NCBI GenBank assembly: GCA_000002435.2
Contig: CM018790.1
Direction: 5' to 3' (one strand)
Origin: Giardia intestinalis
Taxonomy: Eukaryota
DNA: 64,000 bases
The translations under genes were made by a program, and so were the position numbers. Positions 29,935 to 38,700 of the stretch are shown here, one piece after another. The notes under the pieces are model-generated. The model did no database searches, had not been told where the DNA came from, and saw nothing but the letters and a program-made list of their open reading frames with translations. Each line of letters begins with the position of its first letter. The stretch's first letter is position 1.

Positions 29935-29948
29935 TCCTACTAAAAATC
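29935..29948. promoter_or_regulatory. 14-bp divergent spacer (tcctactaaaaatc) between the Dicer ATG and the ATG of the gene at 29949; putative bidirectional initiator region
   Basis: Start codons at 29934 (minus) and 29949 (plus) verified in the sequence. The A-rich element sits directly before the plus-strand ATG. Confidence 0.4.
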
Positions 29949-30935
29949 ATGAAGGCCAAGCCCTTTTCAATTGACTTGCTCCCACGCTTTATAGCACGCC
30001 TGGACGCGCATGGGGAGATGGCTAGGATTGTCGTGGGTAACTCTACCCCCCATGGCCCCATCGCTGCGACAGTGACTGTCTCTGAGTCTTCTGTCTCTCT
30101 CGTGCGACAGGTTGCGCGGCCGCTTTCGTATGGCCCAAATATGAGTGTAACGACACAGAAGCTTACGTTCATGCTGATTCATCGGCTTGGATCCCCACGG
30201 CAGCACTTACTTCTAGGATTCGAAGATGGAACTCTGGTCATTCTCTGTGCTGAGAGCGGGGTGCTCGTGGCTGCTGCACGGCTGCCTTGTGAGAATCCAG
30301 TCCACTCAATTGCATTTGATGACATGGGTGGGATTTTCGTGGTTATGACTGCAGTTGGAGGTGTTTACAGACTCGATGGTATGGCAGGAATCCTTGCAAG
30401 TGAGCGCCCTCCACTGCTGGATCTACAGCGCTGCAGCACTCTTAGTGCCGGAAGCGAGGTCTTCACATGTGGTTTTATCCCCGGCTCAGGAGGGGAGTCA
30501 CGGCTTCTGATCCTTTATTCCTCTGGGCGGATTGACCTCTTTAGTACTGCAGCAGACACATTTCTTCAGCCAGAAACAAACAGATCTGTCACTCTTCCAG
30601 TCCTTGGCGCAATGAACATTATCACTGCAGCGCATCTATGCCAACAATCCAGAGTCCTCTACGTTGGCACTTTCAATGGGTCTGTGCTTACGGTGCCACT
30701 GGACACTCTCACTCCCGACACCCATTTGCCAGATTGCGGCGGGCCTGTCAGCGCCATTTCCCCCGTTGAAGACGGGATTTGCGTGGGAACTCTTGGTGGC
30801 CGGGTGCTTTTCAAGGACACTACGATCTATGAAGACACGCACTGCTCCATATATTGCTTGGAGGCTCTAAATTCTCGGCTTCCCATAGTCTTGGCAGGAA
30901 CCAGTGTATGGTCCCTCATATTAGTAATGCTTTAA
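29949..30935 (+). CDS. Hypothetical protein (328 aa)
   Basis: ATG with ctaaaaatc leader. No recognisable motif. Stop is 5 bp from the convergent SMYD-like gene stop. Confidence 0.5.
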   Translation: MKAKPFSIDLLPRFIARLDAHGEMARIVVGNSTPHGPIAATVTVSESSVSLVRQVARPLSYGPNMSVTTQKLTFMLIHRLGSPRQHLLLGFEDGTLVILCAESGVLVAAARLPCENPVHSIAFDDMGGIFVVMTAVGGVYRLDGMAGILASERPPLLDLQRCSTLSAGSEVFTCGFIPGSGGESRLLILYSSGRIDLFSTAADTFLQPETNRSVTLPVLGAMNIITAAHLCQQSRVLYVGTFNGSVLTVPLDTLTPDTHLPDCGGPVSAISPVEDGICVGTLGGRVLFKDTTIYEDTHCSIYCLEALNSRLPIVLAGTSVWSLILVML

Positions 30936-30940
30936 ATATT

Positions 30941-32170
30941 TTATTCCAAAGATAACTCGGCAAGACAGCGCGTGCATTGACAGGTAAAGCACCACTGCGC
31001 AAGCTCACGCCGACGCTCGACCACCGAGCGACCCAGGTCCGTAATATATGAGATATAAAGTTCCTCTTTTTGGGCACACGGCCGCAATAGAACAAGCGTG
31101 GCTTCGCGCGCATTTTCGCTATCTCCAAAAATAACTTGAGCATTAGGTGTGCAGCTGTGGTTGCAGCAAGATATTAGAGAATAGAGGCCTGCGCCTATCT
31201 CCTGTCCGGTCTTATCCTCTATGCTATAGCTATTTGTTAATAATATGCACACAAAATAGTTAAACATTTGAGCTCCCAAAAGTGTTGCCCTCGTTAATAG
31301 AAAATAATGCTCCGCAAATGATACGTCTGGGATAAGTTTCTCGAAAACACGACCTATATCTGGAAAAACCACATTGGGGAGGTTTTGTGAAGAACTCAGC
31401 TTTGTCTTCCGGGCCTGATTTCCAGGCTCCAGATATGCATAGTACATAAATGCGTATTGGAGGCTCAGTGCTTCGTCCTCTATCTCCATTAGATACGCGG
31501 CCTCTTTGCACATAATTTGGGCCATAATCTCCAGGACGTTATATGCAGAGAAGGGGGCACATAGCTCTGGGCAGTCGTGGATGGTATGCAGAATATCTTC
31601 GGCGATGTCTGGCCAGAGGGAAACACATAGGGCTACATGACCAAGAATGTAATGCCGTTCACGACAATTCTCTGAGCAGTATTCATGCCGACACGAAAAC
31701 GCATTTTCCTTGCGGTGCTTACATGGAACGGGCTGGCCTTTGATTGAAGAAAGACAACAAAAACAGTAACGCTTCTCATTGGTGGGCTGAATGACGTACT
31801 TTGATAGTGAATTGCGAGCCGTTAAGTCCAGGCGTTCGCGTGGAGTCTGGACCGCGGGGCTGATCTGTTCCCGAGGCGAATCAAACTCATCGTGGGTACG
31901 GCCGTGTTGACTGCTTGTTTGCTTATCGGTATAGACCTCCTTGACATAGGATGGGTGAAGCCAGCAGATTAGGGGGTTTTCAACAATAACCTGTGTGCCC
32001 TCTTCGGCATTTTCGGTGAGAAATAACCCTTTCATTTCACCCTGGCGGAAAGTGGCTCGTTTGCTCAGTCGCTTGTTTGCGCGCGACCTCTGTCCAATGA
32101 GTGACCGCCTCACCTCTAGGTTCGTACCCATCAGCAGCTGCGCATAGTGAGCATATAAATCTGTATTCAT
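30941..32170 (-). CDS. SMYD-like SET-domain protein with a MYND-type zinc finger
   Basis: N-terminal SET half GLFLTENAEEGTQVIVENPL; MYND Cys/His cluster CFCCLSS...CKHRKENAFSCRHEYCSENCRERHYILGHVALC; SET-C GAGLYSLISCCNHSCTPNAQVIF...LRPCAQKEELYISY. Confidence 0.7.
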   Translation of the reverse strand: MNTDLYAHYAQLLMGTNLEVRRSLIGQRSRANKRLSKRATFRQGEMKGLFLTENAEEGTQVIVENPLICWLHPSYVKEVYTDKQTSSQHGRTHDEFDSPREQISPAVQTPRERLDLTARNSLSKYVIQPTNEKRYCFCCLSSIKGQPVPCKHRKENAFSCRHEYCSENCRERHYILGHVALCVSLWPDIAEDILHTIHDCPELCAPFSAYNVLEIMAQIMCKEAAYLMEIEDEALSLQYAFMYYAYLEPGNQARKTKLSSSQNLPNVVFPDIGRVFEKLIPDVSFAEHYFLLTRATLLGAQMFNYFVCILLTNSYSIEDKTGQEIGAGLYSLISCCNHSCTPNAQVIFGDSENAREATLVLLRPCAQKEELYISYITDLGRSVVERRRELAQWCFTCQCTRCLAELSLE

Positions 32171-32636
32171 TGCAAAATTACTTTGTTTGTCTAATCAGTA
32201 GTTCTTTGAAATCTCTCGGCGCGCTAGAGCAATAGATAAAAGGGAAGTGTGTCCGAAGAAACGTGCACGGAAATTCATAGTCAGAATAAGCCTTGGTCAC
32301 CTTAGTACTGTAGCTGCTACCAACAAGGAAGCTCCGTACTGTCTCTATGCTTCCTTGCAATATGTATACAAAGTCTATACATTCGTTACTAGCATTGCTA
32401 GATCTATGCATACTAACTTGGTTTCTATTCTGAGTTTCTATTCTGAGATAGATACTCTTTCAGAGTTGTGCCGTTAACAGAGTGTTACAGTGGTCAACAG
32501 CCCATATGCTCCAATGCATTAAGCGATGTATGAGTCTGCAAGTCTAGAGTTCCTCCATAACGACTCTTAGATGCTAAATTGATGTGCCAACAGCCTTCCA
32601 GTTATGGCATGGATCTAACGTGGATCTTAAAAAAAC

Positions 32637-33401
32637 ATGAGCGAAGAGGGCGGACAGGTGACTGTGTTGGGCTCGTTTCTATTGGCCAACGAGACTCGTC
32701 TGCCATTAGCCTACAGAAACAAGGAGCGTCTTGGTGCAGCAATGCTACGCAGATGCGCTAACGAGATAGGAGGCGAGTTCGACACAGACTCCGCAGATAT
32801 TGCTCATTTAGGACCGGTGGATGATCTCTCCGCACGAGAAGATGAAATCCTCTTAGACAGGGATGTTGCTGCGCTGATGAACATGGACGAGCTCGACCTT
32901 CAGAGACTGCTGGAAGACCTCGAGCAAGAGGTTGACCGCACTTTCAGCTCTGATGTTCTCGTCCAGTGGGCTGCCCGACGCCCAGAAGCAGTCGCTTTTG
33001 CCCAAGATGACGAGAACTACAAGATGGCAACGGAGTCCATCAGGGATAGCGCTGGAACAATTTGCATGAAAATGTATGAAGATATAAGGGAGAAGAATAC
33101 TCTGGAAAAGGACCTTGTGCGGGTGTTAGATCAAAATATAGCAGAACTTCAGTCAGCCGCTCTTCAGCTGACTTCTCAACAAACAAGCGACGTAGTCGGG
33201 AATGTACGTCACTCGCTCATACACATAAAAATGCGTCTCGATGAGCGCCGCAGACAATCTACCTCGAGGCGGGCGTGTCGGGTTAAGAAGGCCGAAAGGA
33301 AAGAAATGTACTTAGCCGTGGCACCAAGTGACCAAGAGGCCCGCTTGCACGAGCTGAGACAACGGGTTGCACACTATATAGCAGCTGATGCAGGCGTGTA
33401 A
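32637..33401 (+). CDS. Hypothetical acidic protein (254 aa)
   Basis: ATG in an aaaaaacATGagc context. No recognisable domain. Confidence 0.45.
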   Translation: MSEEGGQVTVLGSFLLANETRLPLAYRNKERLGAAMLRRCANEIGGEFDTDSADIAHLGPVDDLSAREDEILLDRDVAALMNMDELDLQRLLEDLEQEVDRTFSSDVLVQWAARRPEAVAFAQDDENYKMATESIRDSAGTICMKMYEDIREKNTLEKDLVRVLDQNIAELQSAALQLTSQQTSDVVGNVRHSLIHIKMRLDERRRQSTSRRACRVKKAERKEMYLAVAPSDQEARLHELRQRVAHYIAADAGV

Positions 33402-33422
33402 CACGTCCTAAAATAAATTGTA

Positions 33423-35066
33423 CTATTTATTTTTAAACAGATTGGTGTCGGTGGGAATTGGTTGAACAACTGCGTCTGTGTTCAAAAGAACAGACGAAAC
33501 TCCCAGTGCAGAATCAAGTGCAGTTGTAACTACTTTGGTTGCATCCAGTATGCCTGCTTTCTCCATGTTAACAAATTGCCCATTCAGGGCATCAAAGCCA
33601 TAGAAGTTGTCCGGAGAGTTCTTTATGGCTTCAGCCACAACGTGGCCACTTGCTCCTGCACTTTCAGCGATGATCCGGGCAGGTTCATGAAGGGCAGCGA
33701 TGAGGGCTTTGTGTGCTGCGATAGTCACCGGGTCTGCTACCTTTCCTTCGGCAAGCTTTCGCTCCATTACCTGTGCTGCACGCAGAAAAGCTACTCCACC
33801 ACCCGGCAAAAGTCCTCCCTCAAGAGCAGCCCGGGCTGCAGAGAGAGAATCTATATATCTATCTTTCTTTTCCTCTGCCTCAAGCTCTGTTTTCGCGCCT
33901 ATGCGGATAGTACACACCTTACCCAATAGTCTGCCTATACGTTCATTTAACTTACTCCGTTGATAGTTGGTGAGGTTATTCGATTCTAAAAGAGAACGCA
34001 GACCCGCGACACGTCCACGGATAAGTGAGTTGCAGTTCTTGTCGTCATTGAAGTGTAAAACTGTATTTGCTGGTGTTATGATTGCTTTGTGACAGGATCC
34101 AATATTAGAAAGAACCGCGCTTCCCGGAGCACTGGCAGTGTGGAGCTCATCTGAGATATACGTCGGTATCCCCACTACTGCTGCAAGATCCTCCAGTACG
34201 CCCTTCTTAACGTCTCCGTAGCCTGGAGCGCGGACGGCACAGCAACGCACAGTACCTTTGAGTGTATTGATTGCGAGTGTACTTAATGCGTCCCCTGTCA
34301 CATCCGATGCTATAATAAGAAGTGGTCTTTTCTCTTTCACGCAACGTTCCAGAATAGAAACAAGAGGAGCTGCTGAGGACAGAACTGTGTCGGTAATGAC
34401 CACCAACGGGTTGGTGAGCTCAAGGTAACGGGAGCCTCCCAGAGCGAAATAAGGAGACAAAAACCCACTTGGAATGGAGCATCCGTCGGTAACGTTAAGC
34501 GTGTCAATGTCTGTATATCCATCCTCGACAGTTATTGTTCCTTCTCGGCCAACAGCCGCAAATGCGTCAGAAACAACCTTACCAATTTTGGGGTCGTTGT
34601 TGGCTGCAATTGTGGCCACGCTATAAAGCATCTTATTGCTCTCAATGGCTCTGGATTGCTTTCTTAGAGATTGGAGGCAATCTACACCAGCTGAATTGAG
34701 AGCCTGGAGTAACTGGAGATTCCCTAACCCACTTAATGCATACTTGTTCATCTCATTGACTAGTTTGCCGGAGAGAATAAGAGAAGTTGTGGTTCCATCC
34801 CCTGCCATGGTATTTGTACGAAGAGACGCATCTTTAATGAGGTCGGCACCCACGCCTTCCAGTCCAGATAAATTAATTGCTCGTGCAACTGAGACCCCAT
34901 CCTTCGTCACCTTCGTGGTGCCAGATGCACTTCCATCTGCCAGAATAACTGCGCGTCCTCGGGGGCCGAGTGTGGTAGCCACAACATCTGCAATGGTCTT
35001 AATCCCTCGGAGAAGTCCCGACCGCGCATCCTCTCCACTAATGACGGAGGTATAATGCTGGAGCAT
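33423..35066 (-). CDS. cpn60: Chaperonin Cpn60 / Hsp60 (group I, GroEL-type; mitosomal)
   Basis: VTKDGVSVARAINL, MAGDGTTTSLILSG and TLGPRGRAVIL match GroEL ITKDGVSVAREIEL, AGDGTTTATVLA and TLGPKGRNVVL. 547 aa, with no obvious cleavable presequence. Confidence 0.9.
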   Translation of the reverse strand: MLQHYTSVISGEDARSGLLRGIKTIADVVATTLGPRGRAVILADGSASGTTKVTKDGVSVARAINLSGLEGVGADLIKDASLRTNTMAGDGTTTSLILSGKLVNEMNKYALSGLGNLQLLQALNSAGVDCLQSLRKQSRAIESNKMLYSVATIAANNDPKIGKVVSDAFAAVGREGTITVEDGYTDIDTLNVTDGCSIPSGFLSPYFALGGSRYLELTNPLVVITDTVLSSAAPLVSILERCVKEKRPLLIIASDVTGDALSTLAINTLKGTVRCCAVRAPGYGDVKKGVLEDLAAVVGIPTYISDELHTASAPGSAVLSNIGSCHKAIITPANTVLHFNDDKNCNSLIRGRVAGLRSLLESNNLTNYQRSKLNERIGRLLGKVCTIRIGAKTELEAEEKKDRYIDSLSAARAALEGGLLPGGGVAFLRAAQVMERKLAEGKVADPVTIAAHKALIAALHEPARIIAESAGASGHVVAEAIKNSPDNFYGFDALNGQFVNMEKAGILDATKVVTTALDSALGVSSVLLNTDAVVQPIPTDTNLFKNK

Positions 35067-35173
35067 TTATATGCTTTAAAGCATTGGAAGGTGTCAGCAT
35101 CTGATAAAATTTACACCTCCACAGTAGTAGCGACGATAGTTGATTGATCGAGCAAACCAATCCCACTGCCATT

Positions 35174-35610
35174 TCAGTGCTGCCCGTGCCTTTTCTTCTC
35201 TTCGCTTGCAAGAATGTCACTTTCGCTAAGGACGTTCTTGTTAAAGGAGGGTATGCGTACTGTCGCTCCCTCCAGCATGCTACTGAGTTTTACTGCACAC
35301 GAAAGCCGCGATGTGGGCTTGGGGTTGGGTACCTGATCTAGGAGAACCGCTTCTTCCTTTGTCGCTCGCGGAATACGCTTGTACGTCTTTTTGTCCAAAT
35401 AAACACCGCAGGTACCACAGCCAAGGTGTCCTTCGCACGCGTCCTGAATGGGGATATGCGCAGCCTTGATGGCATCTAGTAAGCTCTGGCCGACAGCACC
35501 TGAAACTGTGTGTTCCACGCCCTGTTGGACCACTCGGAACGTTATGAAGCGCCCTGTGTGTTAGTTGTTTGGGTGGTTCTCAACATAGTTATTGACGATA
35601 GTAGAGACAT
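35174..35610 (-). CDS. [2Fe-2S] ferredoxin (adrenodoxin-type, mitosomal); split gene complement(join(35174..35553,35589..35610)), 133 aa
   Basis: The exon 2 ORF has no in-frame ATG (track start 35531..35533 is GTG). Upstream exon 1 ATGTCTCTACTATCGTCAATAA plus a 35-nt intron gives the spliced product MSLLSSIRRFITFRVVQQGVEH...; total 402 nt in frame. Cys cluster CEGHLGCGTCGV ... C. Confidence 0.85.
35554..35588 (-). other. 35-nt spliceosomal intron with a non-canonical CT 5' splice site and the Giardia branch/3' motif
   Basis: Minus-strand sequence CTATGTTGAGAACCACCCAAACAACTAACACACAG: 5' CTATGT (the GTATGT consensus with C), 3' ACTAACACACAG fused branch-point/acceptor motif. Removing it restores the reading frame. 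Confidence 0.85.
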
Positions 35611-35738
35611 GGAGTCTCAAGTTTTAAAATGTTCATGGTTTTTGTGGTAGGCTAAAATTGCCAAACGTTACGTCAAAGTGTATGACAGTATAGGTTAACA
35701 CTGGCCTCAGTCGGCCATAAAGATTCGAGTCATAAAAA
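35611..35738. promoter_or_regulatory. 128-bp divergent intergenic region between the ferredoxin exon 1 ATG and the DOCK-like gene ATG
   Basis: Start codons verified at 35610 (minus) and 35739 (plus, cataaaaaATG). A/T-rich initiator-like elements next to both ATGs. Confidence 0.35.
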
Positions 35739-38700
35739 ATGCTTCCAACTTTGTTTGTTAAGGTAGATAACGCACAGAAATGGAGCACAACTGATATAAA
35801 ACAGCCCATAGAAAGTGAAGTACTTGATGTTGATATGGTCAGAAGGGTACTAGGGCGGGCTTTTGATCTAAGCAAGTGTCCCCCTAAGCCTACCATTATG
35901 CATGTGGCTAGCTCTGCGCTGTGCAGGGATCCCGTTCCCAGTAGTGTGCTTACTCGGTACGAACAACTCTCAGACCCGCCAATTCTTCTCCGGTCTGTCA
36001 TCGAGCTATTAACGAGAAAATCGGCGATTTGTGTATGGCCACGGCCTAACCCCTCCATAAATTGCGTCAGATTCCAGTTGTCAGCTTCTGAGATGGATGA
36101 GTTGATAGCTCCCCAGCATTCTAACAATATACATCGAGCCACAGATGCAATCCTTAGCGGCCAGCCGGCCTTTCTCCCTGTACGCTATCCCTCTTATTCT
36201 AGCGGATCTTTAGAAGCCTTAGGCGATTTGTCAGGCTATAGCATGGTTCCTAGGAGCTTACGGTCCCCTGGGGGTTCTCGGCGGCCTTGCCTCCACCTTC
36301 TCATTGATATTACCAATGTAACCTATGGAGACACGAATAAGCAACGATATGAGCCTCTCTGGGGCTCCCTAGCGGTTTATCTACGGCGCACAACCGATTC
36401 AAAGCTTACCCTTCACAAGGTCAGTGAAAGCGCACACTTCGACTTCACTACAAAGGATGTGCTAAGTTTAATGGGTCATGAGTCCTCCGGGAGGGACGTA
36501 ACTGCAATTGCTGAGGCCAGCAGGCTTGTTGAGCTTAGGTTTCCCTTGGATTGCGACTACAATTTGGCAGATTTAGTCCTGGTCATGCAACTGGAACAGC
36601 TCTGGCACAATGAACACCAAACAAGGCACGCAATCTATTCTAAGATCATGTCTCAGGAAGGAAAGCAATCTTCCAAAGGCGCGGCGAGAGAGGCAGCCAA
36701 GATGGCCACAGCCAGTATAATTGCAGCCAGCACAGCAAGTGTGGTGAATACGGGGGGTGAAAAGAAGACGCTTTTTGATACTGTCGGCTCTAATGGCTCT
36801 GTAGTGATGACAGAACTTCAGAAGAAGGATCAGAACTCTATTTGCTCACGGGCTGCCAATGTATGGAAGCGTGCTGGTGCAGTGAGGACGCCTGTAGCTT
36901 TCGGCTTTGCATCTCTGGACTTGTCGTCTCTCCTCCTCTCTCCACAGCCAATTTTGGATGGTGTTCATAAGCCATCTTCCGATAAGCTCATGCAGTACAT
37001 TCTGAAATCACACGCACCTATTCTCAGCGGAGATAAAATTCTCATTACACCGCTTTCTAGATACAATCATGGACCAGCGTGGCACTTCGTCCTCTTAGAT
37101 CAAAGTTATGAAGATTTCTTGACTAACTCGGAGGGATTCCACGAACTTCTGGAGGAGCACTACCGTGAATGGTTACGCAAGAACATACCCGAAGTCCACT
37201 ACATCCATGCTTCGCTCACAGTGCAGTTTCTCAACTTGGGAGTCTTCCACCGGTCCAAGAGCATTCTCACTATCTTTTCGGAGCTCTTTTCTTCTACCTC
37301 ACTCAACCCAGACATGACAATCAACCAGACAGTTGCGAGGCAGAGATATCTGCGCAAAGCCTACAACTCGAGCGTGTCATCCTCTTCGGCAAACGATACA
37401 CCTTATTTCCAGGGCACTGATGGTATGAGCTATCCTACTGAGCTGGCTGCTCTTTTATCTGGGGCAGCAGACTGCAGTGCTCCAATTACAGCAGATGACC
37501 TGGTGCGGCTACTCTCAACGAACAGCGAGGCAAACCTGGCACGGGGTATAATGGACTTAGAGGTAGGTGCTACAAGCATCTCCCAGCAAGCAACTACGGC
37601 CCATGGGATTGTGTATTCTGCAGAGCTCGATAACTTCTTCAACAAGCATGCATTTCTGTCACCACTGAACACAGGAATGTTCAACAATAGAATGTATTTA
37701 TATATGAGCAAGTGCTACATCCGACGTAAGTTCACTGGGAACCTGCTTGTGCGTGTGGAACTGCGTGATAGTGATGACTTGTCGTCATATACTATTATTC
37801 AGTCGTTTTACTCTCGGTACACAGATAACTACAACCCAACAAATGCACCATCCTCGAGCATATTTTGCAGTTCTGTCGTCCAGCTGACTGGCTATGAAAG
37901 CTCCAGAGTTGCTCAGCTAGGCGTCAATACTGTGGACCTTCCCCTCTTGCTTCCATCCCAATTAACTTGCTGTGCACCCCACACCAAGGCAGCGTACTTT
38001 GGTACTGAATTCAAGTTGGAACTTCCTTTAGTTATTACAGAGGGCATGCATTTCTTTTTCACGATATATTCGGTCAATGCCTTGCACGGCGATAAGCAAG
38101 ACCGGCTTGTATCACTTGATGACACGATACTCAGCCATGCCAGCAGTGCGTCTGGTATCACTCTAGGGGCATCCAATTTTTCCACATCCATGTCCACAGC
38201 GAGCACTATCTATCGATCCTCTCGGCAGCCAGATTCCACAACAAAGTCTGCGACCACGCACCGTGCTGTCAAGAACGACGCCTTCACCCCTATAGGCTAT
38301 GCCTATCTCCCGCTTCAACAGTTTGACTCTGCACACAACCGCATGTACCATCTCTCTGCCGACTATCTCTCCCTACGAGTGTTTGAGACAGATTTGTCTT
38401 CAGGGTATCTTTCTGCTTCTCCAATCGGAGACCGCACAAGCTCTCACCTAGTCGTAAAGTGCACATCTCAAAGCTCCATTTTCACTCAGAATGTTAATGT
38501 TTTTCAAGTCCTAGAGCAGTACAGTCTGATTGATCAAAGCATCTCCCGCGCGACTGGCTCCATTGCCGGAACCGTGGCAAGCTCGGGCTCCTCTGCCTAT
38601 GAGATAGAGCTTTCTCCCCTAGAGCTTTCCAAATTACTAACTTCTCTTAATGCCAGGCTGCAGGATCTTCTCGAGGTTCTCCAGAAAGGTGAGGACCCGG

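Noticed and set aside
33423-35066. Cpn60 as a cytosolic CCT subunit
   Set aside because: Motifs match group I GroEL/Hsp60 (TKDGVSVAR, TLGPRGR) rather than the TCP-1 signature regions.
35633-36142. 169-aa minus ORF across the ferredoxin/DOCK-like intergenic region
   Set aside because: It overlaps the well-supported start of the 3123-aa plus gene and has no domain. Artefact.
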